DNA of 64,000 nt from positions 2,024-66,023 of the forward strand of contig JAZQFJ010000045.1 in assembly GCA_045539475.1 (NCBI GenBank). The letters are read 5' to 3'. Shown here piece by piece: positions 10,453 to 18,940 of this stretch. The notes below the pieces were generated by a model. The model saw nothing but the letters and a program-made list of their open reading frames with translations, was not told where the DNA came from and made no database searches. The position numbers and the translations under genes were made by a program. Positions within the stretch are counted from its first letter, which is position 1. Every line of letters starts with the position of its first letter. The DNA is from Eubacteriales bacterium (GTDB lineage: Bacteria; Bacillota; Clostridia; Oscillospirales; JAAYXM01).

Positions 10453-11592
10453 ATGTTTGAAAATTTAAAAAAGTTTTGCGACTCATTTTTAGAAATTGAT
10501 GTTCCCGGGTTTGATTTGGCGGTTTATAAAGACGGTGAGTGTATCCTACGGCATATGAACGGCTACAGCGACCTTGAAAACAAAATCAAAATGAACGGAA
10601 AAGAAAAATACAATATTTATTCCTGCTCAAAGGTTATAACCTGTACTGCAGCCTTGCAGTTATGGGAAAAAGGATTGTTTTCACTTGAGGACAAGCTTTC
10701 CGACTATATGCCCGAGTTTAAGGAAATGACGATCAAAACAGAGGGTGGCATCAAAAAAGCCGAGAACCCGATTTTAATAAAACACTTGTTCGAAATGACA
10801 GCAGGCTTTTCCTACAACTGTTCTTCACCGCAATTAAAGAAGGCTTTTGACGAAACGGCCGGTAGGTGCCCTACCCGTGAAGTAATGAAATATTTGGCAA
10901 AAGAGCCGTTGCTTTTTGAACCGGGCGACAGGTGGTTGTATAGCTTATGCCACGATGTTTTGGCAGCTTTTGTCGAAGTGGTTTCGGGTGAGAAATTTGA
11001 AGCCTATGTCAAAAAGAATATTTTTGATGTTTTGGGAATGAATGATTCTACGTTTATGCTACCCGAATCGGAAATTGAAACAATTGCACCGCAATACAAA
11101 TTTAAAGACGGTAAAGCGATCAATATCGGAAGACCTATATCTAACTATAAAATAGGCACTGAATACGCGTCAGGCGGCGCAGGTGGAATTTCTACCGTAG
11201 ACGATTATATGAAATTTTTGGAAGCGATTCGTACCCATAAACTGATAAAGTCTGAAACGCTGAAATTGATGATGACTGACCGTTTAAGCTCTCATCAAAA
11301 ACGCACCTATGAGGCAAAAAACACCCACGGCTACGGCTTGGGCGTGCGTTGTCCAATGGGTGACAAACGGTATATTGATTTCGGTTGGGGCGGTGCTGCA
11401 GGCGCATTTTGGGCTATTGATGTTGAAAATGCCATTTCCCTTTATTTCGGTATGCATTTATTGTCTTCTCCCTCCCAGGGGTTGCGTTCCATGCTTTATC
11501 TCTTCGTAAGAACAGAGCTGTTTGATAACAGCGAGTTTGATGATTTGTATAAAGATTTAAAAGAATTACACGATTATAATTTAACCTATTAA
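10453..11592 (+). CDS. Serine hydrolase of the beta-lactamase/transpeptidase-like fold
   Basis: SxxK motif in YNIYSCSKVIT, size 379 aa, no signal peptide, AGGAG RBS. Confidence 0.8.
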   Translation: MFENLKKFCDSFLEIDVPGFDLAVYKDGECILRHMNGYSDLENKIKMNGKEKYNIYSCSKVITCTAALQLWEKGLFSLEDKLSDYMPEFKEMTIKTEGGIKKAENPILIKHLFEMTAGFSYNCSSPQLKKAFDETAGRCPTREVMKYLAKEPLLFEPGDRWLYSLCHDVLAAFVEVVSGEKFEAYVKKNIFDVLGMNDSTFMLPESEIETIAPQYKFKDGKAINIGRPISNYKIGTEYASGGAGGISTVDDYMKFLEAIRTHKLIKSETLKLMMTDRLSSHQKRTYEAKNTHGYGLGVRCPMGDKRYIDFGWGGAAGAFWAIDVENAISLYFGMHLLSSPSQGLRSMLYLFVRTELFDNSEFDDLYKDLKELHDYNLTY

Positions 11593-11604
11593 CGGAGAGA
11601 AACT

Positions 11605-12429
11605 ATGTCTGTTTCCACAATATTTGATATACAAAGAAATTCATTTGTTGACGGGCCCGGCATCCGCACGACTGTGTTTTTCAAAGGTTGTAACTTAAGA
11701 TGCAGATGGTGTCACAATCCCGAAAGCCGGAATTTTGAAAAAGAAATATTGTTTTATCAAAACAAATGTACCGGTTGCGGAAGATGCAAGGAGATAACTG
11801 CCGACAACATAGACTTTATTTGCTTTAGCGATGCAAAGGAAATCTGTGGAAAAGAATATACCGTTGACGAAGTTTTCGGCGAAATAATCAAAGATAAAAC
11901 TTTTTATGAAACATCAGGCGGCGGTGTAACATTTTCCGGTGGAGAATGTATGCTGCAGATTGATTTTCTCACCGAAATACTCAAAAAATGCAAGGATACC
12001 GGCATCCATACGGCTATTGATACTGCAGGGCATATATCTTGGGAAAGCTTTGAAAAAATTCTTCCGTACACCGACTTGTTTTTATATGACATCAAAACTA
12101 TGGATGAAAAAAAACACAAGGAATATACAGGCGTCACAAACAGGCTTATACTTGAAAACATCAAAAATCTTCTCAAAACCGGAGCGGATATATGGGTAAG
12201 AGTCCCGGTAATTCCCGGTTTCAATGATAACGAAGAAGAAATGAGAAGCATCCGTTCTTTCTTTGAAAAGAACGGATATCCGAAAAAAATCGAGCTTCTT
12301 CCCTACCACGCGATGGGCGAACACAAATATACGGCACTGGGCGAAGAAGTTCATCACTTCGCCGTTCCAAACAAAGAAAAGATCGATGAACTGAATGCTG
12401 TTTTCTATGCCCATCGGCATAATTCATAA
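11605..12429 (+). CDS. Glycyl-radical-enzyme activating enzyme (radical SAM)
   Basis: CNLRCRWCHNPE (Cx3Cx2C), ferredoxin-like CTGCGRC, and GGVTFSGGE SAM-binding motif. Confidence 0.9.
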   Translation: MSVSTIFDIQRNSFVDGPGIRTTVFFKGCNLRCRWCHNPESRNFEKEILFYQNKCTGCGRCKEITADNIDFICFSDAKEICGKEYTVDEVFGEIIKDKTFYETSGGGVTFSGGECMLQIDFLTEILKKCKDTGIHTAIDTAGHISWESFEKILPYTDLFLYDIKTMDEKKHKEYTGVTNRLILENIKNLLKTGADIWVRVPVIPGFNDNEEEMRSIRSFFEKNGYPKKIELLPYHAMGEHKYTALGEEVHHFAVPNKEKIDELNAVFYAHRHNS

Positions 12430-12515
12430 AATACATCCGCACAGCTCCGGACAAAGGTGAGAACCCTTGCCCGGAGAAAATTGTATTTTGCAACTTTCAA
12501 GCAAATTAAAACATC

Positions 12516-12544
12516 TTGCAAAATATGGGGATTTTTGGTACAAT
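12516..12544 (+). promoter_or_regulatory. Sigma-A-type promoter upstream of prmA
   Basis: TTGCAA, 17 nt, TACAAT. Preceded by an imperfect hairpin (ctccggacaaagg...cccttgcccggag) that probably terminates the GRE cluster. Confidence 0.5.
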
Positions 12545-12574
12545 ATATAGTAGCAAATGTTTGGAGGTTTTTTT

Positions 12575-13534
12575 GTGGAGTGGATTCAGGTAAGTATATC
12601 TACAGCTCACGAGGGCATTGAAGCGCTAACCTCAGCTCTTGAGGATATCGGCATCCGCGGTTTTGAAATTGAAGATCCGGCAGATTTCTGTGAGTTTATG
12701 CAGGCAGAATTTCCGTACCGCGACTATGTGGACGATGACCTTGTGAAAGAAAAAACGGAAGAAAGCGTGAAAGTGAAGATTTATGTCAGCGCAAACGCCG
12801 CAGGCCACGAACAGCTCGCCGCCGTGCGTGAGCTTCTCTCATCCCTTTCATCCGATGTCTCTTTCGGAAGCCTTGAGCTTTCGTTTGAAACAATGAACGA
12901 AGAGGATTGGTCCGAAAACTGGAAGCAGTTTTTCCATCCTTTGAAAATAGGAAAGCGCGTTCTTGTCCGCCCCGAATGGGAGGAATGCGAAAACACCGAT
13001 GGCAGAGTGGTGTTTACTATAAACCCGGGCATGAGCTTCGGCACAGGCTCACACGCCACAACTCAGCTGTGCCTTGAAGCGATTGAGGAATACACAAAAG
13101 ACGGCGACACCATCCTTGATCTCGGTTGCGGAAGCGGTATTCTCTCAATTACCGCATGCCTTCTCGGCGCAAAAAGTGCAGTCGCATGTGACATTGACAA
13201 AAACGCAGTGGATATAGCAGTAAGAAATGCAGAGCTCAATGGCGTAAGTCAGGATAAATTTGAGGCTCTTGCCGGAAATATTCTGGATGACGAAGGTCTG
13301 CGCCGCCGTTTTGAAAACGAGAAGTATGACATCGTTGCGGCAAATATCGTGGCAGACGTCATTATCGGCATAAGCCCGTTTGCATCGGGTTTTGTAAAGC
13401 CCGGCGGAATATTCATTGCATCCGGCATAATAACAGAGCGCCTTGACGAGGTTCTGTCGCATCTTGAAAAAAGTTTTAAAATTATTAAAATTTGTGATAA
13501 AAACGGCTGGGCGTCTGTGATTGCAACGGTTTGA
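12575..13534 (+). CDS. prmA: Ribosomal protein L11 methyltransferase
   Basis: EWIQVSI...GIRGFEIED N-terminus, SAM motif LDLGCGSGILSI, and ANIVADVI. GGAGG lies 7 nt before GTG 12575; the ORF track uses ATG 12557, in frame. Confidence 0.85.
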   Translation: MEWIQVSISTAHEGIEALTSALEDIGIRGFEIEDPADFCEFMQAEFPYRDYVDDDLVKEKTEESVKVKIYVSANAAGHEQLAAVRELLSSLSSDVSFGSLELSFETMNEEDWSENWKQFFHPLKIGKRVLVRPEWEECENTDGRVVFTINPGMSFGTGSHATTQLCLEAIEEYTKDGDTILDLGCGSGILSITACLLGAKSAVACDIDKNAVDIAVRNAELNGVSQDKFEALAGNILDDEGLRRRFENEKYDIVAANIVADVIIGISPFASGFVKPGGIFIASGIITERLDEVLSHLEKSFKIIKICDKNGWASVIATV

Positions 13535-13659
13535 GGAAAATATTTTTCCTGATATCGGGCAAACTTAATAAAACAGTACTGGACAAATGGTATTTTTTTT
13601 GGTAAAATATAATGTATGGCATATATGTTGCCTTATGAGTGATTTGGGAGTGAACCGGT

Positions 13660-14439
13660 TTGAAAGAGAATAAATCGCCGAAGGATGCGGCAATGTACAG
13701 AAAAAAAGATTATGTGACTAACAAGCTCCTTCTTGTTTTCACGCTTGCATTTGCGCTTTTGCTTTTACTTATGAACGTAGGGCGCATGATGAAGAGCACA
13801 GCAACGTTTATGTCCGCGTATACCGTGGTTAAGGTTGTTGCAGTTGCCGCCGTGGTACTCGTTGCCGCGGGAATCGTTATGATGATTGTTGAGCATTCTA
13901 AAAAGAAAGATATGAGCTACCGACTTCTCTCGGGCAAGAACGTGACAGTTGCGGCTTTGTTCGTTGCAATCTGTGCTATCGCCCTTTCCCTCGTCTTTTC
14001 GCAGAGTATGCTTATGCTTCTTTACATCTTCGTTCCTGCAGTTGTTGTTTTGTATATCATCTACTATTCATATCAGCGCGAATTTTTCCTTATCGCCCTT
14101 TCCTGTATCGTCGGCGGTATCGGAATCTGGCTTTTGGGTTCTGACCTTGTGAACACTAAAGATGTTCTCGCAATTGCAGGCGCTGCTGCACTCGTTATTC
14201 TCACTGCAGGCTTTGCACTGTGGGCACAGCTCGGAAAAGGGAAGATAAAGCTTTTCGGACGTGAGCTTGCGGTTTTCAAGGCAGATGCACGTTACGGAAT
14301 CATCTACCTCACCTGTCTTTTGGTTCTTATGCTTCTTGCCGCAGCTTTCCTCGCTCCGGACCTTGCAATGTACTTTGTTTTCGCACTCATTGCATACATC
14401 GTTCTTACCGGTGTGTATTATACCGTAAAGCTTATTTAA
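13660..14439 (+). CDS. Polytopic membrane protein of unknown function
   Basis: The ORF-track translation shows about 7 hydrophobic segments. The start is uncertain: TTG 13660 or ATG 13693. Confidence 0.65.
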   Translation: MKENKSPKDAAMYRKKDYVTNKLLLVFTLAFALLLLLMNVGRMMKSTATFMSAYTVVKVVAVAAVVLVAAGIVMMIVEHSKKKDMSYRLLSGKNVTVAALFVAICAIALSLVFSQSMLMLLYIFVPAVVVLYIIYYSYQREFFLIALSCIVGGIGIWLLGSDLVNTKDVLAIAGAAALVILTAGFALWAQLGKGKIKLFGRELAVFKADARYGIIYLTCLLVLMLLAAAFLAPDLAMYFVFALIAYIVLTGVYYTVKLI

Positions 14440-14468
14440 ATTTTATTTGAACTTTTGCAAAAAAAGGC

Positions 14469-14497
14469 TTGACGTAAACACATTTTTCATTTATAAT
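14469..14497 (+). promoter_or_regulatory. Promoter for tRNA-Ser
   Basis: TTGACG, 17 nt, TATAAT. A perfect 12-bp hairpin (gtcggtattcgg/ccgaataccgac) lies between the promoter and the tRNA. Confidence 0.55.
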
Positions 14498-14560
14498 ATA
14501 TCAAGTAAGTCGGTATTCGGCTTACACAAAACCGAATACCGACGACTTTATTTTCGACTT

Positions 14561-14652
14561 GGAGAAGTACTCAAGCTGGTCGAAGAGGCGCCCCTGCTAA
14601 GGGCGTAGGTCGCGAAAGCGGTGCGGGAGTTCGAATCTCCCCTTCTCCGCCA
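14561..14652 (+). tRNA. tRNA-Ser (anticodon GCU), CCA encoded
   Basis: Manual fold: acceptor GGAGAAG/CTTCTCC, anticodon stem CGCCC/GGGCG with loop CTGCTAA, long variable arm, T-arm GGGAG-TTCGAATC-CTCCC, then GCCA. Confidence 0.9.
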
Positions 14653-14657
14653 GAAAA

Positions 14658-14684
14658 AAGACATCCTTTAGGGTGTCTTTTTTC
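14658..14684 (+). terminator. Rho-independent terminator after tRNA-Ser
   Basis: aagacatcc-ttta-gggtgtctt followed by a T-run. Confidence 0.8.
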
Positions 14685-14823
14685 AGTTATATTTGCCTTA
14701 TGGCAAGTTATGAATTGACTTTGTCAACGCTTGTCTTATTAAAGGTAAATATATCATAACAGCAAACGAAGTTTGCTTCATAACTATAAACTCTAAACTT
14801 TCAACTTCCCTCTAAACCATTCA

Positions 14824-15356
14824 TCTCCGCCAGAAAAACCTCATCATTCTCTCATGAAAAAACGGCAAAAACCGGCGAAAATTTGGCAGAAACTTGGCAA
14901 CACAAAAAATAAATTCTGTGTTATAATTTATGGCAATGATGCTTTCGGAGTGAACATCTGTGAATTTGTGCGCGATTCATGAAGGATGCTCCGTGTGCGC
15001 AAAGCGTCAGGTTTGTATTGAAAAAACAATACAAATAAATTATAATAGAAAGGAAAACAACAATGTTAACACAAAATTTATTTAACAAAAAGCCAAAAAC
15101 TTTCATGGACTATGAGCCTGGTAAGTTGCCAAACAACAAAGATTGGGACACGCAGACGAAATCCGAAACCAAAAATTATGCCCCTTTTGCATCAAATGTG
15201 AAAATAGTCGGAAACAATGTAACAAAAAAGGACTACGATGATTTCTTTGAAGGGTTCAATGACCCGTACGGAGAAAAAAGAGAGCAAGAACAACAACGAA
15301 AAGAAAGGCTTGCTAACATTCGTGCAAACGCGGATAAGCAAAACCGGTATTCTCAG
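14824..15356 (+). repeat. Cassette repeat copy 1: tRNA-3'-end-like core, 239-nt leader and first 98 codons
   Basis: Near-identical to 17053..17586. Homology starts exactly at tctccgccagaaaaacc and ends after codon 98. Confidence 0.9.
14919..14927 (+). promoter_or_regulatory. Extended -10 promoter element (TGtTATAAT) in the cassette 1 leader
   Basis: ctgTGtTATAATtt. There is no good -35. Four phased GGC(A/G)(A/G)AA repeats sit upstream. Confidence 0.45.
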
Positions 15357-16208
15357 AGTGCATCCACTTTACAAACAGATGCGTTTGTTAAAGGATTTAA
15401 TAAAGAAAAAACAACCGGCATATTAAATCCACATCCTCCCTATGATACCGACCGTGCTTTTGGATTACTCGGTACAGAAGAGAGCGAATTAAAATCGACG
15501 CTGCAAAAACTCAACGCTTCTCCTGCGATAACAAATGCTATCAATCGCAATCCCAATGCCAAAAGCGAATACAAACCCATCGGCACACATGATCCGAATG
15601 AAGAACCTGTTATAACACAATTGTCAAATGATGAGAAAACTTCGGATTTTACTGAGGTATTAGGTAATACATTAAAAAGATCATTTTTTGAAGCTTTTGC
15701 TCCGGATTATTTAAAACCATCCAGACATACTGCACTATGGTTTGTCGGTGCTGAAACCTACTTGAAGCATAAAGGTTATGATACTTCTGCATGGTTACTA
15801 AAACACTCTTTGCAACCAAATCCCGAAGATGTTTATAGGGATGATAATTCAAGAATTGCACAGCTTATCAAAAATGATCCGGCGTTTGTGAAAGAACTCG
15901 ACATAGCAATTGCCAATAGCGATGGGAAAACATTGGATAAAACAATTTCTGTTTCATTTAAGCAGGGAGATTTATATTATTCCATACATAAAAACGATAT
16001 AAAACTAACCGGATATAAAGATGAAAATGGAAAATGGAAAATTTCCGCAAGGTTGTCTGATGAATATAATTTCTCGGAACTTACTTCATGGATGGATGGT
16101 GAAGATGCTACATTGGGTACATTGGCTAATGATGTAGCGTATTTTTCTGAAAAGATTGGTGCGATAACTCCATACAATATTTATGTCGATTTTAATATTG
16201 AAAGGTAG
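15063..16208 (+). CDS. Cassette 1 large protein (381 aa): conserved 98-aa N-terminus plus a unique C-terminal domain. Polymorphic-toxin-like architecture; function unknown.
   Basis: ORF track, RBS AAAGGA. No signal peptide or TM segment. The first 98 residues differ at 2 positions from 17293..18498; the remainder is unrelated. Confidence 0.6.
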   Translation: MLTQNLFNKKPKTFMDYEPGKLPNNKDWDTQTKSETKNYAPFASNVKIVGNNVTKKDYDDFFEGFNDPYGEKREQEQQRKERLANIRANADKQNRYSQSASTLQTDAFVKGFNKEKTTGILNPHPPYDTDRAFGLLGTEESELKSTLQKLNASPAITNAINRNPNAKSEYKPIGTHDPNEEPVITQLSNDEKTSDFTEVLGNTLKRSFFEAFAPDYLKPSRHTALWFVGAETYLKHKGYDTSAWLLKHSLQPNPEDVYRDDNSRIAQLIKNDPAFVKELDIAIANSDGKTLDKTISVSFKQGDLYYSIHKNDIKLTGYKDENGKWKISARLSDEYNFSELTSWMDGEDATLGTLANDVAYFSEKIGAITPYNIYVDFNIER

Positions 16209-16214
16209 AGTTTT

Positions 16215-16820
16215 ATGAAAAAAATCTTTTTGCTCGTTTTGACACTTTTACTTTTAACATCCTGTAGTAGCAGTGTGGAATTAAATCCCGAATGGTATCC
16301 TCACGGATGGGCAGGTAAAGATACTATTTTTGTCTCCCGACCAAATGGAAAATTCAGTATCGGGCAATATTCTAAAAGTCAAGCTCTCGCTGTAAACACC
16401 GATGACGAAAGGCATGACATCCTTCTTTCTTCAGTAACTGACCATAAACGAATCGAAGATAAAGTGTATGTATATTCCGATGAAGGATATTGCGTTATTG
16501 ATGAAACTGCCAACACCGCAGAAGTTTTGGTTATCGTGGAAGATCAGTATGCGTTATCGGGTACGGATGATCCTGCCGTCACATATCTAAAATCATTTGA
16601 CGATTTTTCAGACAAGGCAAAAAAGATTTTTACAGAGATGGGGCAATACTGGTCTGACAAAGAATATCGTAGATACGGTTCAAATGACAAAATATATCCT
16701 GACGGGACCATTGAATATTCGGATGGTGGTTTATATCAGATGGTAGTAATTTATGTTATACTTCAACTACTTGTTGCTACTGTCCTTGTAATTATTAGAT
16801 TGCGTGCGCGAAAAAAATAA
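16215..16820 (+). CDS. Lipoprotein with C-terminal TM anchor (201 aa). Candidate immunity or partner protein of cassette 1.
   Basis: Lipobox MKKIFLLVLTLLLLTSCSS and C-terminal hydrophobic VVIYVILQLLVATVLVIIRL. Starts 7 nt after the upstream stop. Confidence 0.6.
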   Translation: MKKIFLLVLTLLLLTSCSSSVELNPEWYPHGWAGKDTIFVSRPNGKFSIGQYSKSQALAVNTDDERHDILLSSVTDHKRIEDKVYVYSDEGYCVIDETANTAEVLVIVEDQYALSGTDDPAVTYLKSFDDFSDKAKKIFTEMGQYWSDKEYRRYGSNDKIYPDGTIEYSDGGLYQMVVIYVILQLLVATVLVIIRLRARKK

Positions 16821-16943
16821 TTTCTTTTGCGTTTCGCTTGTAATTTTATCCACCTACGGTTAATTTAGCAGTGAGTGGATTTTTTCTCTAAAGCTACTAT
16901 TTATACAACTTCAGAATATATTGTGCATATGGGTGGCAGAGCT

Positions 16944-16955
16944 CCTTCTCCGCCA
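16944..16955 (+). repeat. Copy of the tRNA-Ser 3' end (ccttctccgcca)
   Basis: A 12/12 match to 14641-14652, closing cassette 1. It sits within a ~36-nt stretch homologous to 18903-18938. Confidence 0.75.
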
Positions 16956-16987
16956 AAAACTGACAAGTTTCAACTTGTCAGTTTTTT
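16955..16987 (+). terminator. Rho-independent terminator directly after the tRNA-end copy
   Basis: ctgacaagt-ttca-acttgtcag followed by a T-run. Confidence 0.75.
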
Positions 16988-17052
16988 ACTTTTCACTATT
17001 CTCTTTTATCTATTCTCTCTTCACAAAAAGTGTATTTACATAAAACTTAAGT

Positions 17053-17586
17053 TCTCCGCCAGAAAAACCTCATCATTCTCTCATGAAAAAACGGCAAAAA
17101 GTTGGCGGAATTTTGGCAGAAACTTGGCAACACAAAAAATAAATTCTGTGTTATAATTTATGGCAATGATGCTTTTGGAGTGAACGTCTGTGAATTTGTG
17201 CGCGATTCATGAAGGATGCTCCGTGTGCGCAAAGTATCAGGTTTGTATTGAAAAAACAATACAAATAAATTATAATAGAAAGGTAAACAACAATGTTAAC
17301 ACAAAATTTATTTAACAAAAAGCCAAAAACTTTTATGGACTATGAGCCTGGTAAGTTGCCAAGCAACAAAGATTGGGACACGCAGACGAAATCCGAAACC
17401 AAAAATTATGCCCCTTTTGCATCAAATGTGAAAATAGTCGGAGACAATGTAACAAAAAAGGACTACGATGATTTCTTTGAAGGGTTCAATGACCCGTACG
17501 GAGAAAAAAGAGAGCAAGAACAGCAACGAAAAGAAAGGCTTGCTAACATTCGTGCAAACGCTGATAAGCAAAACCGGTATTCTCAA
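17053..17586 (+). repeat. Cassette repeat copy 2
   Basis: See 14824..15356. ttctccgccagaaaaa at 17052-17067 matches the tRNA end plus flank for 16 nt. Confidence 0.9.
17149..17157 (+). promoter_or_regulatory. Extended -10 promoter element in the cassette 2 leader
   Basis: Same TGtTATAAT as in cassette 1. Confidence 0.45.
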
Positions 17587-18498
17587 AATAACTCATTTCT
17601 CGAAGGTTTCAATTCTGCTGGAATTACGAAAAAAAGCAGAAAAGGAAACGGCATGTTTCAAAAAACAAAACCGGAGATTACAAAACTTCCCTTTAACCCA
17701 TCACAAGAAGTGAAAATTGAGAAAATGCCAGGCGGTCCAAATAAACCATTATCCTTTATTCAATATGTAAATGGAGAAACAAATGACCCGTGGGGGTCTT
17801 CTCTCGGTGGTGATTTGAAGTCCAACGAAGACAAGGCTCTTTTTCTTGAAGGTTTTGCGGGAGAGTCTAAACAACCACAAAACAAAACCCAAGATAAAGA
17901 TGCCATAGAGTTTGGAGTAGATTCCGAAACCTATAAAATTCTTCAGGATCTCAGTAAACGATGGTATGCAACTTCTGATTCTGCAGAAAAAGACAGACTG
18001 CACGAGGTAGCAGAGAAAGTAAGGATGTATCATCGTCAAGGAACTCCAATTTTTGATAAGCACGATGCGATAATGAATCTTTTGCACGAAAATAAAAAAA
18101 GGGCTCAAGATTATCAGAAAACGATGACAGAAGGTTTTCCAGGCTTTCTTTATCGAATGTCTGACGGAAACTATATGTTAGATTCCTCAACATATCTTAT
18201 CGGAATGGTCGATGAAGGTGAATGGGACTACAAGTACAATAAAGATTGGCAAGTGCCACACGATCACTTCGATGGCAAATATATGGATACCCCCGGAAGT
18301 AATTATAGAAATTGGTTGCCATGGATGTATTTTGATGGTCGATTGATTTCAGCTGATAAACTTGGCAATATGAATATGGCGTATGTTGGCAAAAATATGG
18401 GATTACCCGAGTGGGTGTACAAAAACATTACTACCACAGATAAAGATGATGCGGAGTGGGTTCAGTACGGCATTGACCTTGCAAATTCAGGGAGGTAA
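17293..18498 (+). CDS. Cassette 2 large protein (401 aa): the same 98-aa N-terminus with a different C-terminal domain (possibly toxin-44-like)
   Basis: ORF track. The C-terminal stretch GEWDYKYN...ADKLGNMNMAYVGKNMGLPEW recalls, from memory, the WDYK / GNxxYG pattern of polymorphic toxin type 44 domains. This is unverified. Confidence 0.6.
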   Translation: MLTQNLFNKKPKTFMDYEPGKLPSNKDWDTQTKSETKNYAPFASNVKIVGDNVTKKDYDDFFEGFNDPYGEKREQEQQRKERLANIRANADKQNRYSQNNSFLEGFNSAGITKKSRKGNGMFQKTKPEITKLPFNPSQEVKIEKMPGGPNKPLSFIQYVNGETNDPWGSSLGGDLKSNEDKALFLEGFAGESKQPQNKTQDKDAIEFGVDSETYKILQDLSKRWYATSDSAEKDRLHEVAEKVRMYHRQGTPIFDKHDAIMNLLHENKKRAQDYQKTMTEGFPGFLYRMSDGNYMLDSSTYLIGMVDEGEWDYKYNKDWQVPHDHFDGKYMDTPGSNYRNWLPWMYFDGRLISADKLGNMNMAYVGKNMGLPEWVYKNITTTDKDDAEWVQYGIDLANSGR

Positions 18499-18502
18499 AC
18501 TC

Positions 18503-18823
18503 ATGAAGAAACATTTTCTCGTTAATACATTGTTTTCTCTTGCTTTCATTATTTTCGACCCATTTTTAATCTGGTGCAGTGATTTAGCTGATGTGTATAG
18601 CTTGGGCGCAGAAATGGTTTTAGGAATGTTAATACCTTTTGTTTTCTTCCTTTTTATTCTCTTTGCCATTTTCTCTGTATCACTTTCTTTGTACAAAGCC
18701 ATTGCTACGAAAGACATAAAGCAAACTATACCAACTTTGGTGCTCATTGCATTTGTAACACTGTATATTACTTTGTCAACACAAGACAGTCTATGGGTTC
18801 GTGTCATTGAATATTGTAAATAA
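18503..18823 (+). CDS. Small 3-TM membrane protein (106 aa). Candidate immunity or partner protein of cassette 2.
   Basis: GGAGG RBS then ATG 18503 (MKKHFLVNTLFSLAFIIF...), 4 nt after the upstream stop. The ORF track shows a longer in-frame version starting at 18383. Confidence 0.6.
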   Translation: MKKHFLVNTLFSLAFIIFDPFLIWCSDLADVYSLGAEMVLGMLIPFVFFLFILFAIFSVSLSLYKAIATKDIKQTIPTLVLIAFVTLYITLSTQDSLWVRVIEYCK

Positions 18824-18926
18824 TGCGACGCAAAGTAAAAACAACATACCTAACCACCTCACAAAATCAATAATGAGATGAAATCCCAAAATAGAACAAG
18901 GCATTGTACACACTCGTGGCAACGCT

Positions 18927-18938
18927 CCTTCTCCGCCA
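18927..18938 (+). repeat. Copy of the tRNA-Ser 3' end (ccttctccgcca)
   Basis: A 12/12 match, closing cassette 2. Confidence 0.75.
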
Positions 18939-18940
18939 AC

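Noticed and set aside
12557-12574. ATG 12557 as the prmA start
   Set aside because: The GGAGG box lies inside this extension, 7 nt before the in-frame GTG 12575. The extension MFGGFF is not PrmA-like. I kept it as an alternative only.
14500-14513. 13-nt identity (tcaagtaagtcgg) between the tRNA-Ser upstream region and the tRNA-Arg upstream region (about 20676-20688)
   Set aside because: A rough expectation for a 64-kb window on both strands is that many 13-mers match by chance. The orientation relative to the two tRNAs also differs.
14883-14900. Sigma-54-like element TGGCAG-N5-TGGCA in both leaders
   Set aside because: The GG/GC spacing fits, but the -12 box reads TGGC instead of TTGC. No enhancer-binding protein gene is in the window, and the same bases belong to the phased GGCRRAA repeats. 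This is not convincing as a sigma-54 promoter.
16875-17156. 93-aa ORF spanning the tRNA-end copy, the terminator and the cassette 2 leader
   Set aside because: It crosses a strong terminator and sequence conserved as non-coding leader in cassette 1, where the frame is not preserved. It has no RBS.
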